This document shows, piece by piece, positions 19,619 to 29,479 of a stretch of DNA of 64,000 bases. Made by a program: the position numbers and the translations under genes. The notes below the pieces were generated by a model. The model saw nothing but the letters and a program-made list of their open reading frames with translations, ran no database searches and had not been told where the DNA came from. Numbering within the stretch: the stretch's first letter is position 1; each line of letters starts with the position of its first letter. The DNA is from a virus. Its lineage: Duplodnaviria > Caudoviricetes. The stretch spans positions 32,001-96,000 of IMG/VR virus record IMGVR_UViG_3300010163_000001, one strand, 5' to 3'.

Positions 19619-21172
19619 ATGGTTAATAAATTACTAGCAAAAACCGCATTGGAAGATAAATTCCGAGATTTATTATTTCATGCTATCGTAAATGAAGCAT
19701 TTTTAAATGCAATACCCATTAAAAAAGAAGAAATCTCTCCACAAGAAAAAACATTATTGACTCGTTATTCATATAATATAGTAAAAGGACTTGGAGGAAT
19801 CCCTGCTTTAGAGAAAGCAATTGATTTAGATAATAAGTCACTTGAACAGAATTTATTCCTTGCAGATATATATAATTTATGTAATAATATTGCAAAGGAA
19901 GCGGCAGGAAGAGTTGTTTCAGAAACAGATTGGACAGACCCAAAGACAGATTTAAAGACAGTTGTGAATAGTGCTACATTAACAGAAAAAGAATTTAATA
20001 AGTTTGCAAAAAATGCGGATAATATGAAATTAGATGATGTTTCCGATATCATCAAACAAAAAACAGTTGCAGTACTGAAAGATGAGCAGGAACAGTATCA
20101 AAAAGAAGAGGATTTAAATGCAGAATTGAAAGAATCCTTAGCTGCATCTGAAAACTTTTCTGACTTTTCAAATGATGCATATTTGGATATATTTATTGAT
20201 AAAACTGCACCAAGACATCATATTTCTGTATTTTCAAAATTACAAGAAACTGCAATGGAAGCAATGGATGTTTGTAAAGTTCATAATGATTGGGATTATT
20301 TCCCTATTGTCAACAAAGTTACCTTTGAGTCGTTATTGAAAGACTTCAAAGTGGAACAGAATATTGACTTTGAAACAGCAATGGAAAATATGAAGGCAAT
20401 TTCTAACGAAGAGGTTTGTACAATACCTCATGAAAATCGACCAAGAATCGCGACTTTGGTATCTATTATTATATATACCATTTTAGAAACACTAAAGACA
20501 ATGAATATATTTTGCCCATCTCAGGCTACAATAAAAAACTTTGTGAATAAACCTGTTGACACAGTCACAATTGCAAATGCAGATAAAAATGAAATTATTA
20601 CAAAAGTTAATAATTTAATTAATGAATGTAGTATGGAAGACTACAGCAAAATGGATACACATGTTTTAGCAAATCAATTAGCAAAATCAAAACAGGTTTC
20701 TGAGTTAGCTCAAGAAATGTTAATTCAGGATGTTAGCGATAAGAAATTAGTTGATATGGTTACCAGATTGGATGAGAATATTGCTGCAATGGAAAACGTT
20801 TTACACGAAAAGGATCGTTTAAATAAAGAAAAGGCACTTGCAACCGAAGGATTTTATGATAATCTTGACAGGTCTCGGGATATTGCTCAGTTTAACAAAA
20901 TCAGTAATATGTATGGAGTTAATCCTCTGGTTTCTGAAATCATATTAAAGGTCAATCCGAATACTATCTCTAGTGTAATAGATGTAGAGTGTGCAAATGA
21001 ATCCCATCATATAATAAAGAAAAGTTTCATAAATATTTCTACTGCATGTGAAGCATCTGAGTATTTGAATTATCTTACAGAATTATATCAGAGATCCAAA
21101 TTATCCAATTGTGGAAAGAAAGCTTCTATTCTTATCAATGATGGTAAGGGAACTAAAATTCCTTTATCTTAA
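19619..21172 (+). CDS. Putative virion (head) protein with many AxE sites
   Basis: ALE, AME, ATE, ANE, ACE motifs; helical composition. Confidence 0.5.
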   Translation: MVNKLLAKTALEDKFRDLLFHAIVNEAFLNAIPIKKEEISPQEKTLLTRYSYNIVKGLGGIPALEKAIDLDNKSLEQNLFLADIYNLCNNIAKEAAGRVVSETDWTDPKTDLKTVVNSATLTEKEFNKFAKNADNMKLDDVSDIIKQKTVAVLKDEQEQYQKEEDLNAELKESLAASENFSDFSNDAYLDIFIDKTAPRHHISVFSKLQETAMEAMDVCKVHNDWDYFPIVNKVTFESLLKDFKVEQNIDFETAMENMKAISNEEVCTIPHENRPRIATLVSIIIYTILETLKTMNIFCPSQATIKNFVNKPVDTVTIANADKNEIITKVNNLINECSMEDYSKMDTHVLANQLAKSKQVSELAQEMLIQDVSDKKLVDMVTRLDENIAAMENVLHEKDRLNKEKALATEGFYDNLDRSRDIAQFNKISNMYGVNPLVSEIILKVNPNTISSVIDVECANESHHIIKKSFINISTACEASEYLNYLTELYQRSKLSNCGKKASILINDGKGTKIPLS

Positions 21173-21180
21173 AAAATAAA

Positions 21181-21210
21181 AAAAAGAGATTCCATTAGGA
21201 ATCTCTTTTT
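21181..21210. terminator. Bidirectional intrinsic terminator
   Basis: aaaaagagattcc-atta-ggaatctcttttt. Confidence 0.85.
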
Positions 21211-21211
21211 T

Positions 21212-21504
21212 ATTACTATGCATATCTACCTCAAAACATTGCTCTACCCTTCGCATCTATTCCCACACATATCCATGCTCCGCACTTCCTATTCGTAACA
21301 ATACCGTGCTAGGCTTTTCCTTATCAAGACTTAACTACGCCCAGCTTCTCCTATACATAACATAGCTTAACTGTACACTACAATGCTGCGCCATTTCATT
21401 ACTTACCACACTGTACTGGGCTATTCCTTTTCTATACTCAACCAAGCAACTCATTTCCTATGCATTACTACACTCTACGTTACGTTACAGTACCACTCCT
21501 TTAC
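21212..21504 (-). ncRNA. Pentamer-periodic (G-N4) repeat array 1, candidate non-coding RNA
   Basis: ~57 consecutive G-initiated units, mostly 5-mers, punctuated by GG hexamers; no ORF of 60 aa or more; lies between a stop codon and a terminator. Confidence 0.75.
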
Positions 21505-21505
21505 A

Positions 21506-21799
21506 TTACCAATGTCCAGTTTTTAGTCGTTGTTTTATTTCTAACTCTTTTTTGAATTTTTTTCTTTCCTTACGATATTTTCTACTATATTTCATAAGGA
21601 TCTCATGAACCATCTGTGTGTTTATTTGGTCATTGCTCACTGGATTTACATCATACCAATTTTCTCCGAGCAAATAATCCTTTAGAAAATATAATGCATC
21701 GCTGTCCGTTGTTGGTGGATTGAACAAATTGCTTTTCTGGTTTGGCTTATTATCCTCTTCGTTAATATGTTCTGTAAATGTTTTTCCTTTTGCATACAT
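21506..21799 (-). CDS. Hypothetical protein
   Basis: AGGAGG RBS; immediately upstream of array 1. Confidence 0.75.
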   Translation of the reverse strand: MYAKGKTFTEHINEEDNKPNQKSNLFNPPTTDSDALYFLKDYLLGENWYDVNPVSNDQINTQMVHEILMKYSRKYRKERKKFKKELEIKQRLKTGHW

Positions 21800-21837
21800 G
21801 TCTTAAATCCTCCTTTCCAGAGGAACAATATGTGTTT

Positions 21838-22065
21838 CTATTTTCGTATAGTAATAGTGTCTTTAAATTGTGTAATATAAATACACATATCAATATATTT
21901 CATAGTTGTTTTTGTAGATACGAAATTTATAGCATTGGCAATTTCATTTCTAACATCATCTTCTGTTTTATCTTTGACCATAATACAATCGTTATGATCA
22001 AAAGGGCCATATAGATTTTCACATGCATCGATTATATCATTTTTAACATCTTCTAAAACTTTCAC
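21838..22065 (-). CDS. Hypothetical protein
   Basis: GTGA overlap with the rusA stop. Confidence 0.6.
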   Translation of the reverse strand: MKVLEDVKNDIIDACENLYGPFDHNDCIMVKDKTEDDVRNEIANAINFVSTKTTMKYIDMCIYITQFKDTITIRK

Positions 22066-22748
22066 CAGTAGTCATCTCCCTCGGTATAAATTTCTATAAT
22101 ATGTCCTAATTCAATAGCATCTTTGAATGATTTCGAAGTTGTTACTCGTCGTTTATTAAATTTGGAATCAAACCCTTTCTGATAGTTAATCATAATTTCT
22201 ACTCTTGGTTTTACAGAATAATATTTTTCAACTAATCCTTTTGAAATAATATTATCATTTGTAATAAGAATCTTTTGAACCATATCAGAATATGTCTTAC
22301 CTAAATTATCCCAATCTGGATTTGATATTGGAATAATACTTTGTTTTTCTGCTCGGTATATTTCAATTCGATTCATAGATGAAATTGGGGTAGGCATAAA
22401 CGTTCTTACACTAAAATGGGTTTGTGTATAAATAATTTGATATTTTTCTACAATAAATTTCTTTAAAAGTTTCTTGTTTTCAGAGGCTCCCATAACATAA
22501 AAAGAACCTGTTTTACTTGAGTATCTTGGTCTTGGAGATGGGTTAGGGACAATTGGAAGAATTACCCTTAGTGTTTCCCAAGGAATCTCTTTTTCATGCT
22601 GTGTATCTTCTTCTATCTTTTTGAAATCTTTTTCTTTTAGCTTTAGTGAATCTTCCAAATATTTTAAAATTTCATTTGTTTCCAACGGAATATTTCCATA
22701 TTTCATTTCATACATTTCTAATTGTGCTTCACAACGTCTTTCTTTCAT
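22062..22748 (-). CDS. rusA: RusA-family Holliday junction resolvase
   Basis: PSPRPR, PDWDNLGK..SD, ND, KYYSVKPRVEI. Confidence 0.85.
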   Translation of the reverse strand: MKERRCEAQLEMYEMKYGNIPLETNEILKYLEDSLKLKEKDFKKIEEDTQHEKEIPWETLRVILPIVPNPSPRPRYSSKTGSFYVMGASENKKLLKKFIVEKYQIIYTQTHFSVRTFMPTPISSMNRIEIYRAEKQSIIPISNPDWDNLGKTYSDMVQKILITNDNIISKGLVEKYYSVKPRVEIMINYQKGFDSKFNKRRVTTSKSFKDAIELGHIIEIYTEGDDYW

Positions 22749-22769
22749 AATTTTATATCCTTCTTTATT

Positions 22770-24440
22770 TTATCCTATTAATGAAGTAAGTTTTTTTATC
22801 TCATTATAAATTCTTGAGTCTATTACAGATCTTGCAATATTTGTTGGTATGTCTAGAGCTTTATTTTTCATTACTCTTAATGCTAAATCTACCTTGGCAT
22901 CAAGATTATTTAATTTTAAGTCAACACCACACATATTTCCTAAATATTCTAATAACGCAGTATTCTTCAGAAGAAGTAATGGATCTGTTGCGCTTGTTAC
23001 CATCAAATTAGAATATAATGGAACAATTTCAAATCGTGCAGTTATTTCAGTTGGTAATCCATCAACTGTCCAACAAGTTCCGTCATCTCCACCCCTACTA
23101 AAATCTAATTTTTGTATGAACGCTAAATCAGAACTAAAACTACCAGTTTCAAATGCTCTTACTAAATATGGATACGTATACATATTACTTGATAGTTGCT
23201 TTGGAGTCGCTAATGCAAGTAAATGTAATGAGGGTAAAATAACATATTTAAAAATACTTCGTTTATCTCCATAAATTGATGTGAATTTTAATTCCACTGA
23301 TAATGCTTTACTATAATCCATTCCAGTTATCATTTTTGGAAATACGAGTCGACCGCCATTTAAATAATTCTTTGCAATTGTAGCCATTCCTCCTAAGAAT
23401 TCACTTTGAGTTCTAGCTTCTTTCATCACAGACTCAATATCAGCACTTGCTTCTGGAGTAATTGCTCCACCAAATAAAAATTGAATATTTTGAGCTAATT
23501 CAGAAAAGTTACTTTCTGAACCGAATTGTTTCTCCAAGTATGATTGTCCTGCAGTTGTAGAAATCGACTCAGATACTGAAGTGCCCGAATGATTAATAAA
23601 AAAATGAATGTAATGATCATCACCTACTGCAGAATTAAATACACGCTTGGTTTCATCAAAAAGATTTTTTGATGCTTTTGCACCTGACGCAGTTGTATAA
23701 TACCCGTAGTCGAAATCACCTAACGGAATTGAACTTCCATATATAATATTTGTGACATTCTGAAGTCCCATTAATCTTGCAGCTACTCGAGCTAGCATAT
23801 TAACTACATTCATATAATCTGTGTACCTAGATTTAAATGCATACAATTGCCCATTTGAGTCTATTTCATTATCCGCTTCTGCTAAATTTAAAATTCCATC
23901 AGTCATTGCTCCTTTTATTCGTGAAAAAAATTGATTTTTCTTTTTTGAGGAAAATCCAGGTAAATAATCTACCGTTCCTGGGCATAATGATAAAATTGAT
24001 GGATTAGAAAACCATGTTCCACTCATTACTCTACCAGTTTGGATTTCTGGATCTGGTAAATCATAATATGGATCAACTTCTTCTGTAAATCTTGGAGGAG
24101 AACCAAATGCATGTAAATAACGAAGCATCATTTGTGCATAAGATTTATCACTGTTTCCAGTAATACTTTTTTGACCTTGTACTGTATCTGTATTTTCTGC
24201 TTCTATTCCAGAGTTATTACTTGTACTGCCCCCACTAATCTTTGTTAATGCGGACATAACAATCCATCTTGGTGTTCCAGAATTTGCTGCATTACCATAT
24301 TGCTGATTATTTGCTCCCGGCCCTTTTTCATATATTTTAACAGTATTTCCTTCTGAATATTTAAACGTGACATTTGATGTTGTGTCTTTTGATTCAAATG
24401 CTACTGCTCCACCTTTACCAACTCTATAAACATCTGCCAT
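22770..24440 (-). CDS. Putative virion tail/baseplate protein
   Basis: 556 aa; AAC-N7-TAA at 24467-24479; WTVDGLP motif. Confidence 0.5.
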   Translation of the reverse strand: MADVYRVGKGGAVAFESKDTTSNVTFKYSEGNTVKIYEKGPGANNQQYGNAANSGTPRWIVMSALTKISGGSTSNNSGIEAENTDTVQGQKSITGNSDKSYAQMMLRYLHAFGSPPRFTEEVDPYYDLPDPEIQTGRVMSGTWFSNPSILSLCPGTVDYLPGFSSKKKNQFFSRIKGAMTDGILNLAEADNEIDSNGQLYAFKSRYTDYMNVVNMLARVAARLMGLQNVTNIIYGSSIPLGDFDYGYYTTASGAKASKNLFDETKRVFNSAVGDDHYIHFFINHSGTSVSESISTTAGQSYLEKQFGSESNFSELAQNIQFLFGGAITPEASADIESVMKEARTQSEFLGGMATIAKNYLNGGRLVFPKMITGMDYSKALSVELKFTSIYGDKRSIFKYVILPSLHLLALATPKQLSSNMYTYPYLVRAFETGSFSSDLAFIQKLDFSRGGDDGTCWTVDGLPTEITARFEIVPLYSNLMVTSATDPLLLLKNTALLEYLGNMCGVDLKLNNLDAKVDLALRVMKNKALDIPTNIARSVIDSRIYNEIKKLTSLIG

Positions 24441-24491
24441 TTATAAATTCACCGCCTTTTAATAAATTAAAAGTTTGTTAAAGGCGCAGTC

Positions 24492-24527
24492 AAAAAAAGG
24501 ACTCCGCTTTTACACGGAGTCCTTTTT
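24492..24527. terminator. Intrinsic terminator
   Basis: aaaaaggactccg...cggagtccttttt. Confidence 0.8.
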
Positions 24528-24547
24528 ACATTATATCAGGAAGGACT

Positions 24548-25054
24548 TTAAAATTCAGGGCGGGAATAATCAGCATAATATAAATTCCCGGTATTAAAGA
24601 AACTTAATAACATTTGAATCTGTTCAGTTCTTAAACGGAACTTCTTAATCGGAATGATATACGAATCATCTTCCTTTTCAAATCGTATTACGGTACTACG
24701 TTTTTTGTCGCTGCTTTTAATCACTGCAGTCTGTGAATCTGAAAGATTCACAGTACACCCACCAACTAGGTAAGAATAACTCAGAGTTTTTATTATTTCC
24801 TCAATCATCTCCCTACTGGAATTATTTCTCAATGAAAGATAAATTCCTCCATTTTCTTGTTTTGGGTATCCGACCTTAAATTTAGGTCCATCAACCGAGC
24901 CTCTAGAGTGATAAGGAGTATACTTTTCCTTTACAAATGTGGTAAATCCAATAAGTAATACTTTGTTTTTGGGGTTACTGTTATACTGACCAGGGTGTAG
25001 GTATAGAGATGATGAAATCTCTCTAGCATTAATCGATACTGCATATTTAGGCAT
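24548..25054 (-). CDS. Hypothetical protein
   Basis: AGGAGG RBS. Confidence 0.7.
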   Translation of the reverse strand: MPKYAVSINAREISSSLYLHPGQYNSNPKNKVLLIGFTTFVKEKYTPYHSRGSVDGPKFKVGYPKQENGGIYLSLRNNSSREMIEEIIKTLSYSYLVGGCTVNLSDSQTAVIKSSDKKRSTVIRFEKEDDSYIIPIKKFRLRTEQIQMLLSFFNTGNLYYADYSRPEF

Positions 25055-25182
25055 TTAACATTCCTCCTTTTTAATTGTTTTTATGTCCTTCACATCAAAA
25101 AATATGTGTTTATAAATTGTATTAGTGAAATAACATTTTTATTAACAAATACCTTCCATGACAAGAAAGGAGACTTCTCATT

Positions 25183-25926
25183 ATGAATATGAAGCAGTGG
25201 ATGGAAAATCCAATGGGAAAAGGTTCTACTGTATTGCAATTGCGTGTCTTGAGGGAAAATCTTGATAGACAGTATATGGAAATAAAAGGGAAAATTAAGG
25301 TAAAGTGGTTTTCAATTGGAGAGAAATATTACGTAGCACATATAAAAGTTCCAAGCCTTAGTGTAGACAGATTGTCCTATGATGTATTATTGGAATTTGA
25401 TATGGAGACTTTACCGAAGAATTCTATTGTGATGAATGAATGTGCAATGAGAGTTTTTTCAAATTGCCCATCTTTCACATATACGTATGCCCATGTTTAT
25501 ATGGAGCAAGGAAATCTGATTCAATGGTGTAAAAGTAAGTATCCTTCAAAAGTATTTTCAAAGGATCCAGTGAAAAGAAATCCTCAAAAAGTACTGAATT
25601 ATGAAAGAAGTTTATACTTCGCAATTAAATATATTACATCTGAAGGGAGAAACTACAAATCAAAACTTATAAACGGAATGATCAAGGTAACCAATCCGAG
25701 GTCAATTTCTCAACTAGTAAAATCATCAGATGAAATTTTAAAGTTATACGAATATGGGAAAAGTAAAACGAAAAATAAAGAGAAAGAAAAGGAACAAGAA
25801 AAGAAAAAAACTAAAAAAGATACTAATAAAAAGAAGAATAAAGGGGGGAAAGGAAAAGTACAGACAGTAAAAAAAGTGGCAACTACTAGAAGTACGAAAA
25901 AAGTAAAGAAGATTAAAAAAATATAA
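25183..25926 (+). CDS. Hypothetical protein with Lys-rich C-terminal tail
   Basis: AAGGAG RBS; last ~55 aa are K-rich. Confidence 0.7.
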   Translation: MNMKQWMENPMGKGSTVLQLRVLRENLDRQYMEIKGKIKVKWFSIGEKYYVAHIKVPSLSVDRLSYDVLLEFDMETLPKNSIVMNECAMRVFSNCPSFTYTYAHVYMEQGNLIQWCKSKYPSKVFSKDPVKRNPQKVLNYERSLYFAIKYITSEGRNYKSKLINGMIKVTNPRSISQLVKSSDEILKLYEYGKSKTKNKEKEKEQEKKKTKKDTNKKKNKGGKGKVQTVKKVATTRSTKKVKKIKKI

Positions 25927-25977
25927 TTATCTATATTAATAATATGGATAAACTTCAAAAAAGGAGGAGAATATAAT

Positions 25978-27522
25978 TTGAAGAGCGCAACTGAAACAAT
26001 CAATGAAACACCTTTAACAGAAGAGATTCCTATGCTTACGGAGTGGCATAGTGATGAAAACACAAATTATATGGAATTTAAGGGGGAATTTGTAGAAGCA
26101 AAATATAAATTATTAGGATTGCATGAAGATAATAAGCTAGGTTTCTTCATAATAAACAAGAATCATTATAAAGATCGTATGGAAGATATCTGCAATACAA
26201 TCAATTATTTCCTCACGTTCTTTGATCCAGAATTGGAGTTATTTAATTCCATGTTACAAGTGAAATTTATCATAGACCAGAGACCTAAATTATCAAAAAA
26301 AGCATTTCAGAAATTTGTAGTAGATGAAATTGTTACTGATAGCTTTATAAAGAAGATAAAGAATATGATGAAACATCTATATCGAATTAATATTGATACA
26401 GATGCGGAAGGAAAATATAAGAATACACCAAAAATTACAAATGAACAGGCAAAAATTATTGTAGCAATATCTTTTGCGATCCGATGCATTCTTCCTATCT
26501 GTATACATTTTTCAGATACGAATGTCAATTTCTTAAATAAAAAGAGTTACATTTCATGTTTTGACAAAATTATTATGAAAATCATTAAAAAGTTTGAAAA
26601 AGGCGAGGTAGAAATATTTAATTCTCTTTGTGGATTCATCAAATATCGTGTAGATCGTTTATGGTCTAGTGATATAGGTATCTGTTTGAAAAAGAAGCAG
26701 TTATATGGAATCACAAAAGAATTATATTTAGAAGAGGTAATACATGAAGTTATATTGGTAAAGAGTTTGTATAAATTGACTTATTATCGCTCTGTTGTGT
26801 CATTTATCGACGGAGTAATATTCTCATATCATTATAATTTCAAGATAGAAAATTTCAAATTCAAACCAATTGAAATTGATACATCTGATACGTCATCGGA
26901 TGATTCTGAACGATTATCTCATATGGAAGCAATTGAGATGATGGTTTATATGATTGATGAATCAAATGCTTTGATTAACGAAGTAAATTCAGAACGTGTT
27001 CTAAAATCTATTCGGAAAAAATTTAATATTCATATTTCAGATGAAGAAAGAGAATTTTATGATAAACGACTAAAGATATCTCCAGTAACAAAGTTTTTTA
27101 TAGAATCATTTTATAATAGGTATTTTCATGAACCAAATGCAATTATTAACATGGAGAGAGATGTTATCATAGAACTTGTAATCTATATGAAGAGATATCT
27201 TCAATATAAGGGAATGATTTTACTTCCTCAATTATGTACTGCAAAGATGAGAGGGAAATACAAAGAGAACATGATAAAAAATTCGAAGTTTATTGAACGC
27301 GCAACTACATCGGATGCATGGAATAATGTAATCAAAAGACGATTTACATACGTAAATGAGTTGAATGATAAGGAAGACCATTTATTAAAGAAACTATCAT
27401 CTTTTATAAATTCTCAATTTGAATTTGTTGATTTCAATGGGCCGGATGATGGATTACTATATGAAGATATAGATCAAGATCTGATTATCAAAGAATTTTC
27501 AGAGTTTTTGACCATTATATAA
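25978..27522 (+). CDS. Possible nvRNAP promoter-specificity (sigma-like; AR9 gp226/phiKZ gp68-like) subunit
   Basis: ~514 aa helical protein; AISFAIRCILPICIH resembles my recollection of the gp68/gp226 family; not verified. Confidence 0.4.
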   Translation: MKSATETINETPLTEEIPMLTEWHSDENTNYMEFKGEFVEAKYKLLGLHEDNKLGFFIINKNHYKDRMEDICNTINYFLTFFDPELELFNSMLQVKFIIDQRPKLSKKAFQKFVVDEIVTDSFIKKIKNMMKHLYRINIDTDAEGKYKNTPKITNEQAKIIVAISFAIRCILPICIHFSDTNVNFLNKKSYISCFDKIIMKIIKKFEKGEVEIFNSLCGFIKYRVDRLWSSDIGICLKKKQLYGITKELYLEEVIHEVILVKSLYKLTYYRSVVSFIDGVIFSYHYNFKIENFKFKPIEIDTSDTSSDDSERLSHMEAIEMMVYMIDESNALINEVNSERVLKSIRKKFNIHISDEEREFYDKRLKISPVTKFFIESFYNRYFHEPNAIINMERDVIIELVIYMKRYLQYKGMILLPQLCTAKMRGKYKENMIKNSKFIERATTSDAWNNVIKRRFTYVNELNDKEDHLLKKLSSFINSQFEFVDFNGPDDGLLYEDIDQDLIIKEFSEFLTII

Positions 27523-27539
27523 AAGAGGAGAATAAAATA

Positions 27540-27773
27540 ATGAATGCTGGGACTAAACTTGTAAAATGGTATCAATGGTTATTAAAAAGTTTTACAGGAA
27601 AAGATTATACAGAAGAAGATGTCCAACGAATGTTAAAGAAAAATTATGGAGAGGGAGGACAAGAATCAGAAGATGTAATACAAATGCAGACGCCAAAATT
27701 AAAAGATAAAAATGGAAATATAATTGAGGTGAAAACTCCTAAACCTGAAATATTTGAAGATTCCATATTTTAA
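27540..27773 (+). CDS. Hypothetical protein
   Basis: GAGGAG RBS; terminator 27772-27809. Confidence 0.65.
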   Translation: MNAGTKLVKWYQWLLKSFTGKDYTEEDVQRMLKKNYGEGGQESEDVIQMQTPKLKDKNGNIIEVKTPKPEIFEDSIF

Positions 27774-27861
27774 AAAAGAAAGACTCCCAAAAGGAGTCTT
27801 TCTTTTTTTGTCATGAATGCTTTTTTTTTCAACTTTTTTATAAGAAAGGATGTGATGAAGT

Positions 27862-28281
27862 ATGCATGACCTAGAAAATTTCATCAATTATTGCGATAAT
27901 ATGAAAATCGTACAGGAAGGATTTATTAAAGAACATCGTGAAATAAGAGAAGGTAAAAAGAAATTAAGATCTGAAATGCCAAATTATAGTAAGATGGTCA
28001 AAGATATATTAGATAATGCTAAAATTCCATATACTAAAATAAGTATTGATAGACCAAAAAAAGTAGAAAGACGTTTAATGAAATATGGTGATCGTGCAGG
28101 CTGTACCGTTAAAGTGTTTATAGATGAAAAGCATTCTTATAAAGCTTCAAATGCAATTGCAAATGGGCTTGATAAGAATCCTACTATGCGTAAACGAGAT
28201 TGGGAAGTTACACCAAACAATAATAATTATAAAGGATATGTATCAGCAAGATTTATAACTACTGATCATGATCAATACTAA
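27862..28281 (+). CDS. Putative head-packaged protein with FxxYCD...EG propeptide
   Basis: MHDLENFINYCDNMKIVQEG; AAC-N7-TAA at 27831-27843. Confidence 0.65.
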   Translation: MHDLENFINYCDNMKIVQEGFIKEHREIREGKKKLRSEMPNYSKMVKDILDNAKIPYTKISIDRPKKVERRLMKYGDRAGCTVKVFIDEKHSYKASNAIANGLDKNPTMRKRDWEVTPNNNNYKGYVSARFITTDHDQY

Positions 28282-28319
28282 AAAAAAAGGGTTCCCTTAG
28301 GGAACCCTTTTGATTGCCA

Positions 28320-28586
28320 TCAGGACTGAGACAACAATTGTCTGCAATAGTCCAATTTCCGTTGAATGTCCTGATGCTGCTTTTCTACTTCTGCATCCAA
28401 ATCCGCTTCGGCTTCTTTGCGGAGATTCTCGTCATATTCATGCTTGGCAATACATTCCCGTATACGCTCCATTCCCATCACATGAATGGTTTTCAGATGC
28501 ATTTTCTGAAACTCCAAATTGGATAACTCCTCGTCCAGAATTCCATTTTGCCTCTTTACATCTTCAAAATATTTATTATTAGCCAT
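28320..28586 (-). CDS. Small early coiled-coil protein (cassette payload)
   Basis: Conserved leader cassette upstream; terminator 28281-28310. Confidence 0.75.
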   Translation of the reverse strand: MANNKYFEDVKRQNGILDEELSNLEFQKMHLKTIHVMGMERIRECIAKHEYDENLRKEAEADLDAEVEKQHQDIQRKLDYCRQLLSQS

Positions 28587-28674
28587 AATACTTATCCTCC
28601 TTTGTTCTTTTATTTTCTTCTTATAGCTATAAAAAGAATATATTAGAAAAAAGAGGAGAAAAACGGAAATTAAT
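28578..28674 (-). repeat. Conserved promoter-leader-RBS cassette, copy A
   Basis: 28578-28645 is 68/68 identical to the reverse complement of 57876-57943. Confidence 0.9.
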
Positions 28675-28997
28675 CTGTTTCAATAGAATATAAAATCGTA
28701 TAAAGTGCATCTTGTCTATCAGTAGACAAACTCCTATATATGTCTATGATTTCTTGCTCCCTTGATGAAACAATTATAGGAATAATTTTATCATCTGGAG
28801 AGGTAAAGAACTCACCCAACGTGATATCAAACGCTTCACATATACCTTCTAATGTGTCAACATTGCATCCCTCCCTTCCATCTAATATTTCTTCAAGATC
28901 TGCAACTGCCATACACGTATTTTTTTGACAGTTCATGTACCGTCCAACCAATATCATTCATGAGTTGTTTAATTCTTTTAACTACATCAAATCCCAT
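28670..28997 (-). pseudogene. XRE-family HTH regulator, frameshifted in an A7 tract
   Basis: AGGAGG then ATG 28997 MGFDVVKRIKQLMNDIGWTVHELSK; removing one A (T7 at 28920-28926) joins it to the 28670-28957 frame, giving a full paralogue of 29058-29366. Confidence 0.75.
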
Positions 28998-29057
28998 TTT
29001 CTTGTCCTCCTTGGATGTTTCATCCGTAATGTTATTAATGATACAATAATTTCTCTT

Positions 29058-29366
29058 TTATTTCAATAAACTGTAGATTGCATTTCGCTTTTCATCATCA
29101 AGACTTCTGCAATATTCTATAATTTTATTTTCCATAGAGTTAACCATAATGGAAATCGTCCGTTCATCTGGACTTTGAAAGAGTTCGGATAATGTTATGT
29201 GTAAAACATTACAAATATTTTCCAACTTTATTAAAGATGGTTGAGTATTGCCTCTCAGGATATTCTTCATGTCCTCTAATTCTATACCAGATGCTATTGC
29301 TAATGTTTCATCACTCCACCCATTATCATGTTTCAATTTCTCAATTTTATCATAGATATTAACCAT
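29058..29366 (-). CDS. XRE-family HTH transcriptional regulator
   Basis: GWSDETLAIASGI...ILRG..QPSLIKLENICNVLHITLSELF; ATATATTAT at 29402-29410. Confidence 0.85.
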   Translation of the reverse strand: MVNIYDKIEKLKHDNGWSDETLAIASGIELEDMKNILRGNTQPSLIKLENICNVLHITLSELFQSPDERTISIMVNSMENKIIEYCRSLDDEKRNAIYSLLK

Positions 29367-29479
29367 AGTTCTTCACCTCCCTTTTATATTATTTCATTGG
29401 AATAATATATGACATTTTTAAGTATGAATAGATTCAGTAAAACCTAAATATAAGAAATATAATAGAAAGGAGAATATAC

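Noticed and set aside
21212-21504. CRISPR array or coding pentapeptide repeat
   Set aside because: No identical 23-47-nt repeats with spacers; frequent TAA/TAG and no ORF of 60 aa or more despite an RBS-like AAAGGAG at its start
21212-21504. TRAP-binding (G/U)AG-NN attenuator
   Set aside because: Same 5-nt period, but the (G/U)AG triplet is not conserved; only the G is invariant, and there is no trp-related context
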